Sequence record: SRR20825010_861
Length of the DNA: 41,136 nt
Reading direction: 5' to 3' (one strand)
Below the pieces are notes generated by a model, which worked only from the letters and a program-made list of their open reading frames with translations, searched no databases and was not told the origin of the DNA. This document shows positions 28,450-36,643 of the stretch, one piece after another (the stretch's first letter is position 1; every line of letters begins with the position of its first letter). The translations under genes were made by a program, and so were the position numbers.

Positions 28450-30126
28450 TTATATTTCATCGGTTACGCAACCTTGTGAGGCCGAGGATACCGTTTTCGC
28501 ATATTTGTAAAGACTTCCTTTTTTAACCTTTAGGGGCGGTTGTACCCAGTTGGCCCTTCGCGTTTTAATCTCTTCTTCTGACAAGGCTACTGAGATACTA
28601 TTTTTTTCGGCATCAATAGTGATGACATCCCCATCTTGCAAGAGGGCGATAGTTCCACCGTCCTGGGCTTCTGGGCATACGTGACCAACAACAAAGCCGT
28701 GTGTACCTCCCGAAAAGCGACCATCTGTAATCAAGGCTACGTCCTTCCCTAGTCCGGCCCCCATAATGGCGGCTGTAGGTTTCAACATCTCTGGCATTCC
28801 CGGACCACCTTTTGGCCCCTCATACCTAATAACCACAACGTCTCCTTTTTTTACCAATCCTTTGCCAATACCGGCATTTGCCAAAAACTCATCATCAAAA
28901 ACTTTTGCGGGACCGGTAAAGTGCAATCCTTCTTTACCTGTAATCTTAGCTACGGCACCGTCTTCTGCAAGATTCCCGTAAAGGATTCTTAAATGTCCTG
29001 ATTCCTTGATCGGAGCGTTCAACGGTTTAATAATCTGCTGGCCTTCTTTTAAACTTGGAACCTCTGCAAGGTTTTCGGCAACGGTTTTACCGGTTATGGT
29101 CATACAATCGCCGTGTAACATACCGTTTTCCAACATAAATTTCATCACTGCAGGGGTACCACCAACACGATGTAGATCTTCCATTAGGTATTTGCCACTA
29201 GGTTTCAAATCTGCCAAGAACGGGGTACTGTCACTAATTTTTTGAAAGTCGTCCAAAGTAAAATCAACATTTGCTGCTTTTGCTATGGCCAAAAAGTGTA
29301 GTACGGCGTTGGTGGATCCTCCTAAGAGGGTAAGCAGGCGCACTGCATTTTCAAAAGATTTTCTTGTAATGATATCGCTGGGCTTTATATCGTTTTCCAA
29401 TAGATGCCTTAATGCAAAACCAGCGCTAATGGCATCTTGTTTCTTTTCCTTACCAATAGCTGGGTTTGAAGAATTGTAAGGCAAGGCCATTCCCAAAGCT
29501 TCAATGGCCGAAGCCATGGTATTGGCGGTGTACATACCACCACAGGCGCCTGCTCCCGGGCATGCGTTCTGAATTACTCCTTTGTAATCCTCCTCGTTCA
29601 TGGTTCCGGCTACCTTTTCGCCCCATGCCTCAAAGGCCGAGACAATGTCCAATTTCTTGTCCTTAAAACAGCCAGAGGCAATTGTACCACCATAAACCAA
29701 AACAGAAGGTCTGTTTAATCTTATCATGGCCATAAGGGCTCCAGGCATATTTTTGTCGCAACCTACAACCGTTACAAGTCCGTCATAGTTCATAGCTTGT
29801 ACCACAGTTTCCATAGAATCCGCAATAATATCCCTAGAAGGCAAGGAGTATCTCATACCATAAGTACCCATTGAAATACCATCACTGACACCTATAGTAT
29901 TGAACACAAGTCCAACCAAGCCCCCTTTTTCGGTTCCCAATTTTACTTCTTGAGCCAGATCATTTAAGTGCATGTTACAAGGATTGCCCTCATAACCTGT
30001 ACTACCAATTCCGATCAAAGGTTTTTTTAGATCCTCTTCTTCCAGTCCTATGGCGTATAACATAGCCTGTGCGGCAGGTTGTGTGGGGTCCTGGGTAACG
30101 TTTTTGCTAAATTTATTTAATTCCAT
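28450..30126 (-). CDS. ilvD: Dihydroxy-acid dehydratase
   Basis: [32 protein letters not shown] and TDGRFSG. Confidence 0.97.
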   Translation of the reverse strand: MELNKFSKNVTQDPTQPAAQAMLYAIGLEEEDLKKPLIGIGSTGYEGNPCNMHLNDLAQEVKLGTEKGGLVGLVFNTIGVSDGISMGTYGMRYSLPSRDIIADSMETVVQAMNYDGLVTVVGCDKNMPGALMAMIRLNRPSVLVYGGTIASGCFKDKKLDIVSAFEAWGEKVAGTMNEEDYKGVIQNACPGAGACGGMYTANTMASAIEALGMALPYNSSNPAIGKEKKQDAISAGFALRHLLENDIKPSDIITRKSFENAVRLLTLLGGSTNAVLHFLAIAKAANVDFTLDDFQKISDSTPFLADLKPSGKYLMEDLHRVGGTPAVMKFMLENGMLHGDCMTITGKTVAENLAEVPSLKEGQQIIKPLNAPIKESGHLRILYGNLAEDGAVAKITGKEGLHFTGPAKVFDDEFLANAGIGKGLVKKGDVVVIRYEGPKGGPGMPEMLKPTAAIMGAGLGKDVALITDGRFSGGTHGFVVGHVCPEAQDGGTIALLQDGDVITIDAEKNSISVALSEEEIKTRRANWVQPPLKVKKGSLYKYAKTVSSASQGCVTDEI

Positions 30127-30176
30127 TAATTTGTATACTTTGTATTTTAATACTATTCTATATAAACTACGACTAC

Positions 30177-30184
30177 CAAAGATA
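30177..30184 (-). promoter_or_regulatory. Proximal -7 promoter box for ilvD (downstream of the attenuator)
   Basis: TATCTTTG on the - strand, 50 nt upstream of the ilvD ATG. Confidence 0.5.
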
Positions 30185-30381
30185 AAAGTTTAAAAACCCT
30201 TAGATTTTTAACATAAAAGTTTGATTTAAATTCAATAATAACGATTTAATTTTAACTATCTAATAATCAAGTATTTAAATACATAAACCATATCATATTC
30301 AGTAGGTTTTTATTCTTTGATAAACCTTTGGGTGGCGACTTAATAAAGAACATAATTCCTAACTTTAGTTCTGCTAAACCT

Positions 30382-30423
30382 AAAAAAAAAGCCTGTATCA
30401 AATATATCTGATACAGGCTTTTT
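30382..30423 (-). terminator. Attenuator terminator of the ilv leader (could also end the pxp operon)
   Basis: The - strand reads AAAAAGCCTGTATCA-GATATATT-TGATACAGGC followed by T9. Confidence 0.9.
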
Positions 30424-30450
30424 AATAAATAGAAATCCGTATCATCCCAG

Positions 30451-30498
30451 TTATGGGACGATAATGACCAATTTGATTATGCTTCTATTTATTTTCAT
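30451..30498 (-). CDS. ilv operon leader peptide MKINRSIIKLVIIVP (15 aa)
   Basis: 8 of 15 codons are Ile/Leu/Val, 7 of them in the last 9. Followed by alternative hairpins and a terminator, upstream of ilvDBNCA. Confidence 0.85.
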   Translation of the reverse strand: MKINRSIIKLVIIVP

Positions 30499-30503
30499 TA
30501 CTG

Positions 30504-30534
30504 TAAAATTAAGTATTAAAATTTAATTGACAAA
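30504..30534 (-). promoter_or_regulatory. Promoter of the ilv leader
   Basis: The - strand reads TTTG (30534-30531), a 19-nt spacer, then TAATTTTA (30511-30504; one mismatch to TAnnTTTG), 5 nt before the leader ATG. Confidence 0.6.
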
Positions 30535-30552
30535 GAAATAAATTTCCGTCGC

Positions 30553-31392
30553 CTACCTTAGTTTAAAACTAATATGGTTTCCAGATCTTTTTTGCGCCAA
30601 AATGGACATGGCCATGTCCGACAACTGTAATATTCTTGGATAGCCACCTGTGGTCTGACCATCTTTCATTAAAATGATCAATTTTCCAGCAGGAGTCAGT
30701 TGTATTGTTCCAGGCAGGGTTGCCGATGTTAACATGGATACTTTATTGCCCTCAATTATCTCATTGAGCTGATATGCCATTCGGTTATTCTCATTAGCCA
30801 CCGTAAATTCCCTATAAAATAATTGGGCCAATTGTTTATCGGTCAATAGCTTATATTCAGGGCCCTTATATACTTCCAATTCGGTTTTGTCCAAAACGGA
30901 CTCTACTTTAAGTTTCGAAATCTTGGGACTGAACAGTTTACACTCGGTATACGGAAGACTGGACATTTTCTTAATGGAATCCCTTTCCGTAATTGGTTTA
31001 AAATAGGATCTACTTCCCAATACCGATGCAGTGTTGAATCCGTCCTTAATCCCCAAATACGCCCTGAATCCTTTTAATAATTTGCCATAGGTTAAGATGT
31101 CACCTGCATTTACTTTATAGACTTTGTAGTTTTCTATGGTAATATCGTTAAGAGTTACCGACATTTCCGCCCCTCCCAAAACAATATAGGTATCTTGTTC
31201 AAATTCCAATGTTGGTCCCGTCATGGTTATTTCCAATACGGCACAGTTTTCGTCGTTTTCCAGCAAAGTATTTACCTTGGAGACAGAGAATGAGTCCATA
31301 ACTCCTGAAACTGGAACACCTTTATCCCTGTACCCAAATCTACCGGTATCCTGAACTGTGGTGAAAAAGCCCGATTTTATAATGTTAAGCAT
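30553..31392 (-). CDS. pxpC: 5-oxoprolinase subunit C (KipA / AHS2 family)
   Basis: TTVQDTGRFG, GVPVSGVMD, VLGSRS, PGTIQL and DGQTTGGYPRI. Confidence 0.9.
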   Translation of the reverse strand: MLNIIKSGFFTTVQDTGRFGYRDKGVPVSGVMDSFSVSKVNTLLENDENCAVLEITMTGPTLEFEQDTYIVLGGAEMSVTLNDITIENYKVYKVNAGDILTYGKLLKGFRAYLGIKDGFNTASVLGSRSYFKPITERDSIKKMSSLPYTECKLFSPKISKLKVESVLDKTELEVYKGPEYKLLTDKQLAQLFYREFTVANENNRMAYQLNEIIEGNKVSMLTSATLPGTIQLTPAGKLIILMKDGQTTGGYPRILQLSDMAMSILAQKRSGNHISFKLR

Positions 31393-32122
31393 CCAGCACT
31401 TTTTTTTCTAAGTTATAAATCCCTACCTCACCTTCAATCTTGTGCAATTGGTATTCTGCCATTGAAATAGGGTAAAATTGTATTTTATCCCCTACTTTGA
31501 CAAAACAGGGATTTTCCTTTTTAACGTCGAACATAGGTACGGGACATTTCCCAATTATGTTCCATCCTCCTGGTGAATCCTGGGGATAAATTCCCGTTTG
31601 TTTTGCGGCTAGGCCAACCGAGCCTTTTAGTACTTTAGGTCTGGGGGTGGATTTACGCGGAACCTCCAGAACTTCTGGCACACCTCCCAAATACATAAAC
31701 CCTGGTAAGAATCCAATACCATAGACAGTATAAATACTCTTTGAGTGCAATTCGGTGATACGTTCCACTGACAGGCCCAATTCCACGGAAATCTCCTCGA
31801 GATCCAGCCCGAATTCAAGATCATAACATACTGGTAATCGCCAAAGATACCTGGTGGCAGGTTCTATCTTTCCTTTTATAGCATACCACTCCTTTATCTT
31901 TGGTTTTAAATAATCGAAATCTAGGACGGTGTCCTTACATATCAAAGTAAGTGAATTATAGGCAGGAATAAACTCCCACTCCTTTTCATCCAGCTGATTT
32001 TTTTTTAAGTACTGAATGAATTGGAGAATCTCGTCCAATATGGATTCTTCCACCCTATTGGGCCATTCCACCAATATGGCGTGGACACCAAATTGCCTTA
32101 CAGAAATTTTGAAACTACTCAC
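31385..32122 (-). CDS. pxpB: 5-oxoprolinase subunit B (KipI / AHS1 family)
   Basis: PAYNSL, LPVCY, GFLPGFMYLG and GIYPQDSPGGWNIIG. GTG start at 32122 overlaps the pxpA stop (GTGA). Confidence 0.9.
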   Translation of the reverse strand: MSSFKISVRQFGVHAILVEWPNRVEESILDEILQFIQYLKKNQLDEKEWEFIPAYNSLTLICKDTVLDFDYLKPKIKEWYAIKGKIEPATRYLWRLPVCYDLEFGLDLEEISVELGLSVERITELHSKSIYTVYGIGFLPGFMYLGGVPEVLEVPRKSTPRPKVLKGSVGLAAKQTGIYPQDSPGGWNIIGKCPVPMFDVKKENPCFVKVGDKIQFYPISMAEYQLHKIEGEVGIYNLEKKVLDA

Positions 32123-32856
32123 TTTTTTATTAAGATTTGGTTTTCTGGTAAATGTTTGGAAAGATACACTAATATTTGCAATGTTGAAGGAGAATCCCCG
32201 TGAATACAATAGGTGTCCGCTTGGATTTTTACGGCCTTCCCAGAAAGGGTCAAAACCGCACCTTTTGTAACCATATGGAGCAAATGATCCATAACTTCTT
32301 TGGGTTCTTGTATCAAGGCCTTAGGGTCTTTTCGGGACACTAGGGAGAGGTCTTCATTATAATTGCGATCGGCAAACGCCTCATATTTTATTCGAAATCC
32401 CAAACGCAGAGCCTCCTCCGCTATTTTGGAATCATAGGGCACAAACAAAAATACCTCCTTCTTATATTTTGAAATAATATCCAAAAACACCAATGCCAAT
32501 TCCCTGTCCTTGGCCACGTCATTGTATAGGGCACCATGGGGTTTTATATGGTTCAGCGAAATACCTAAAGTTATGAGGACAGCGTTCAAATCCTCTATTT
32601 GGACAAGAATACTTTTTTTTAACTCATCCTTAGCCATTTTGATGCTGGTTCTTCCAAAATTCGCCCTATCCGGATATGATGGGTGTGCTCCTATCAGCAC
32701 CTTTTGTTCTTTGGCCAATAAGGCTACCTTCATCATGGTATTGGTATCCCCGGCATGGCCACCACAGGCAATATTACAGGAGGTAATTAAGGGCAATAGC
32801 TCTGCTTCATTGTCTACACCCTCCCCTATATCACAATTTATATCAATATTGATCAT
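32119..32856 (-). CDS. pxpA: 5-oxoprolinase subunit A (LamB/YcsF family)
   Basis: DINCDIGEG, NIACGGHAGD, GAHPSYPD, HIKPHGALYN, EAFADRNY and CIHGD. Start placed at MINIDIN. Confidence 0.92.
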   Translation of the reverse strand: MINIDINCDIGEGVDNEAELLPLITSCNIACGGHAGDTNTMMKVALLAKEQKVLIGAHPSYPDRANFGRTSIKMAKDELKKSILVQIEDLNAVLITLGISLNHIKPHGALYNDVAKDRELALVFLDIISKYKKEVFLFVPYDSKIAEEALRLGFRIKYEAFADRNYNEDLSLVSRKDPKALIQEPKEVMDHLLHMVTKGAVLTLSGKAVKIQADTYCIHGDSPSTLQILVYLSKHLPENQILIKK

Positions 32857-32860
32857 ATCC

Positions 32861-34054
32861 TTAAAATAGCCCAAAAACAGTTAATATACTCTTTGCCCCC
32901 AGAATAATGGACAAAATTATAATGATAATCCCCAATATATTTTGAAATTTGGTATTTTGATATTCCAGCATGACTGTTTTCCTGTTAACGATCCATAATA
33001 GAAAAATAGCGATAATTGGCAATAGCATCCCATTGGTTATCTGGGCAAATTTAATAATCTCCAAAGGTTTTATTCCTACGGACATAAACAGGACACCTAC
33101 CAATAGAATGATCATCCAGACCATTTTGAAGCCTAAGTTATTCATAGTGGTGCCCCATCCAAAACAGCTACTGGCCACATAGGCAGCGGCTAAGGGTGCC
33201 GAAATGGCAGAGGTTATCCCGGCCGCAAAAAGTCCAATTCCCATAAAATATTTAGCACTTTCCCCGTAAAGTGGTTCCAGGCCTTTGGTCATATCCATAA
33301 TATTACTTATTTCGCCGGACGGTATGGCAGTTGCAGTAACCACTATGGCCATGGAAACCATACCTCCCAGTAAAATGGATAAGACGGTATCCCTACGGGC
33401 TTCCTTCAAATTCTCCTTGGATTTCCATTTTTCACTTACCAGTGAGGTATGTAGGAATAAATTATAGGGTACTACCGTAGTGCCTACCAGCGCAATAATG
33501 GTCAAAATACTTCCAACTGGAGTTTTGGGGATAATAAGACCTTGCAATATGGCCGAAATATTCGGTTTTGTAATTATGGCCGTTAATAAGAAGGATATGC
33601 TCATGACCATTACCAGGGAAACCAGCACCTTTTCCAAAACCTTATAATTACCAAAAAACAGAAGTAGAAATGCAAAACTTCCCACTACCCAGGGATAAAA
33701 ACTTAGATGTTCTTGCCCAAATATAGCCTCTAATCCCAAGGAAGCACCACCTATATTGCCTCCTTCATAAGCTGCATTACCTACAACGATTGCCGATAAG
33801 ATAAGGCCCAGTACCAAAATCTTAATCCAGCGGACACCTATCTCTTCTTTTATAACATGGGCCAATCCCTTTTGGGTGACGATTCCCAATCTCGCAGCCA
33901 TTTCCTGTAATATCACGGTGGCCAATACGGACAGCAACAGGGCCCAAAGAAGTAAATATCCATATTTTACACCGGCAATGGAACACACGGTAACGGTACC
34001 GGGACCTATAAAGGCTGCCGCTACCAAAACTCCTGGCCCCATTTTCCATTTCAT
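32861..34054 (-). CDS. NRAMP-like (YcsG-type) transporter; probable 5-oxoproline-related uptake
   Basis: GPGVLVAAAFIGPGTVT, LQEMAARLG and GTTVVPYNLFLH. Has GPGT in place of the metal-binding DPGN motif. Confidence 0.85.
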   Translation of the reverse strand: MKWKMGPGVLVAAAFIGPGTVTVCSIAGVKYGYLLLWALLLSVLATVILQEMAARLGIVTQKGLAHVIKEEIGVRWIKILVLGLILSAIVVGNAAYEGGNIGGASLGLEAIFGQEHLSFYPWVVGSFAFLLLFFGNYKVLEKVLVSLVMVMSISFLLTAIITKPNISAILQGLIIPKTPVGSILTIIALVGTTVVPYNLFLHTSLVSEKWKSKENLKEARRDTVLSILLGGMVSMAIVVTATAIPSGEISNIMDMTKGLEPLYGESAKYFMGIGLFAAGITSAISAPLAAAYVASSCFGWGTTMNNLGFKMVWMIILLVGVLFMSVGIKPLEIIKFAQITNGMLLPIIAIFLLWIVNRKTVMLEYQNTKFQNILGIIIIILSIILGAKSILTVFGLF

Positions 34055-34055
34055 T

Positions 34056-35156
34056 CTATTGGGCTGTATTTAAGGCGTATAAGGCAAAGCTTCCCAACCA
34101 GTGGGTACCACTGTAATTATCATCAACAATACTGGGGAGGGAGTAACTAATATGCTCAGTGGCAATTTGTTTTAAATGGGAGTATTGGGGAAGCGTCTCC
34201 GCAATACCGTACAAACACCAGGCCCTACTAAAATTGAGACCATCCAAATGAACTAATTTTCCATCAGTTCTATCCGACACTTTTCCAGGTTCCAGATTAA
34301 ATAGGGGATCTGCCAATTGGGGCAGGAATTTATCCAGCCATTTTTTAAACTTTTCTGGGCCATAAATTTTTCTCACCAGATTGGCTTCCTCCAGGCATGG
34401 CGACAAAAAATCGAATCCACTAGGCTCCCAGATTATGGGACAATCTGCATCGTTTTCATAAAAGCGTGCAACACTGGAGGTAATAGCAATTTTTAAGGCC
34501 TCGTCCTCAAGAGCAACCGCATAGTCCCAAGCCAAGGAAAGTCCAAATGCGGTATTGGTATGTTCCCCCACCCTAATGGGATAATTTAATTTTGGCAAAA
34601 ATTCTATGTAGGCTTCTACTATATAGTTTGTCAACGGCTGTAAATTAACCTCAAGGTCACGGGCCAAGGGGTCCTGCCATGTATGAAGCTCTTCGGCCAA
34701 TTTCAGGATCCAGGCCCATCCATAAGTCCGTTCATATGACTTATTTCCTTCCATGTTAAAATAGTCCACCTCTGCCAATACATTTTCCTTGGAAATATTT
34801 TCCACCAATTTATTGCGAATTGTGGAAGCCTGATTTAAACTAGGGAACTGTTTTAATAGCGAAACCAAGGACCAGTGACCATGAACAGAGGAATGCCAAT
34901 CATAACAACCATAAAATGCCGGGTGCAATTGTTTAGGACTGCCCAAATGGGTCGAATCCTGAAGTGACTGATTTAATTTGTTGGGGTATTCCGTTTGTAG
35001 GCAATCCAATGGCAGGCGGACAAGTCGATTGGCTTCATTAAAGGTCAGTTCTGGCAGTGCAAAGGATGTCACAATTTTAGGCTTTGTGTTTTGACTGTCC
35101 TTACAGCCCAAAAGAATAATAAAAAAGATAATAGTCGTGGCTATTGTTTTAAGCAT
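34056..35156 (-). CDS. DUF2891-family lipoprotein
   Basis: Lipobox LLGC, EYPNK, LHPAFYGCYDWHSSVHGHW, YERTYGWAW, HLDGLNFSRAW and HWLGSFA. Alternative start at 35171. Confidence 0.8.
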   Translation of the reverse strand: MLKTIATTIIFFIILLGCKDSQNTKPKIVTSFALPELTFNEANRLVRLPLDCLQTEYPNKLNQSLQDSTHLGSPKQLHPAFYGCYDWHSSVHGHWSLVSLLKQFPSLNQASTIRNKLVENISKENVLAEVDYFNMEGNKSYERTYGWAWILKLAEELHTWQDPLARDLEVNLQPLTNYIVEAYIEFLPKLNYPIRVGEHTNTAFGLSLAWDYAVALEDEALKIAITSSVARFYENDADCPIIWEPSGFDFLSPCLEEANLVRKIYGPEKFKKWLDKFLPQLADPLFNLEPGKVSDRTDGKLVHLDGLNFSRAWCLYGIAETLPQYSHLKQIATEHISYSLPSIVDDNYSGTHWLGSFALYALNTAQ

Positions 35157-35387
35157 TGTTCTACAGTCCATTCTTTAGGTTTGAAATAGCGAATATGTAA
35201 ATATATAGGGATATTCTAAAATGCGGAAGAATATTTGTTTTTTAAAGGCCATGTGGTTTGAAAAGTAGGTCGTTCATCTAAAAAGTTGCAGTTCGTCTAA
35301 AAGATGGCCTTTTTGGACAACCCTCATATAATAATCCAAAAATATTACGGTTATAATAGTCCCAAATTAAATTTTTAACCTACTTGA

Positions 35388-35831
35388 ATGACATGTTTAG
35401 ATTGTAACAAAGAGCTTGATTATCTTGACCACAAAAGTGCGATGGATCTCTTAGGATTAGAGCTTTGTGCGAAGCACAAAGATCGCATGGAAAAGCTGAT
35501 CAAACTTAAAAGGACCCCCAAAGAAGCCATACAATTATATTATGGTTTAAAAAATGCAGGTGTAAATCCAATGCTGGAATGGTGGGATGGAAAAAAATCA
35601 GTGGATATTGCTATATCTAGGGTAAAACTTAATATAGAAATCGACACGGAATACCAATCCATAACCCACGAACAAGCCATCAACGATTTGGAAGAAGCCA
35701 TGCATTCGTTTAGAAATGGATTTACCACCATTCGTATCCCCCACGTACTCATTAAATATTATTTAAAAGAAACGGTAGATAATATATTAGGAATAATGGA
35801 AGGGCTAAAGGCCAATATCAAGGTGCTGTAG
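35388..35831 (+). CDS. Hypothetical protein: N-terminal CxxC..CxxH zinc knuckle plus a degenerate DUF559/Vsr-like domain
   Basis: CLDC...CAKH, then VDIA...KLNIEID...D...GFTTIRI. Confidence 0.6.
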   Translation: MTCLDCNKELDYLDHKSAMDLLGLELCAKHKDRMEKLIKLKRTPKEAIQLYYGLKNAGVNPMLEWWDGKKSVDIAISRVKLNIEIDTEYQSITHEQAINDLEEAMHSFRNGFTTIRIPHVLIKYYLKETVDNILGIMEGLKANIKVL

Positions 35832-35903
35832 TTATTTACACCATAGGGAAATGTCTATTGAAGAAAGGACAGAGCAATTCAGCAAAACCAAAACTGAAAT
35901 GCC

Positions 35904-36464
35904 ATGAATCTTAAAAACAATTTTATGGAAACAGAAAAGAAGATTTTGAGAACACCTTTAAGAATTGCCATTTCCCTCCTTGTAGTAGGCTTTCTTTGTA
36001 AAATTTTACATTTTACGACCGTCGCTAATCCAATAATATTAATTTCTCTTGCCGCTATAGGTGTATTGTACGCTTGGCGATTTTGTAAAAAAACAAAAAA
36101 AGGGTTTCTGCAGTACAACAAATTAATTTTAGTTGCCTCTTGGTCTTTAAATGGAATTTTCAAAATACTGGATATATCCCACAATGATTTTTTTCAGGTC
36201 ATAGGTAGCTTGGCGTTCATTATTTGGATCATCTTGGAAGGCACATCATATCTCATTGACGACAAGGACGACAATAGGAGTGATATTGCATATTTTATGT
36301 GGAATACAATGATGATCATTGGCATATTGGCCATAATTATTGGAAGCCTGACCAAAATATTGGAATGGGAATATGCTACCCCAACCCTGATAACGGGCTT
36401 TATTCTTGTTGCCGCATATGTTTTAAAGGACCTACTGGTCCAAAACCTTCAGAAAAAGGAATAA
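35904..36464 (+). CDS. Membrane protein with three GldL-N-like helical hairpin repeats
   Basis: About 6 TM segments with repeats GFLCKILHF, GIFKILDI and GSLTKILEW. Start may be 35925. Confidence 0.6.
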   Translation: MNLKNNFMETEKKILRTPLRIAISLLVVGFLCKILHFTTVANPIILISLAAIGVLYAWRFCKKTKKGFLQYNKLILVASWSLNGIFKILDISHNDFFQVIGSLAFIIWIILEGTSYLIDDKDDNRSDIAYFMWNTMMIIGILAIIIGSLTKILEWEYATPTLITGFILVAAYVLKDLLVQNLQKKE

Positions 36465-36643
36465 GGGCATTTTCATAGGTTCATCTTTCCGACTTTTCCA
36501 ATTCACGGTCAGTTTTTGGGAATGATCCGGAAAGCGGGTATGCAATCACATTATTGGTAGAGTACTTTTTCTGCTTCAAAAGCTTCACATATTTTTATGG
36601 AATTTTCAATTTTTTGTGGTATTTTCTCATCCAAATTGGAACC

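Noticed and set aside
32123-32209. Longer pxpB start given by the ORF track
   Set aside because: It would overlap the conserved pxpA C-terminus by ~90 nt; the GTGA-coupled start is more plausible.
32861-34054. Calling this gene mntH (Mn/Fe transporter)
   Set aside because: It lacks the DPGN motif and sits in the pxp operon.
36554-36643. N-terminal extension of the Gfo/Idh/MocA ORF
   Set aside because: The TTG start would bury the Tat signal; ATG 36644 fits better.
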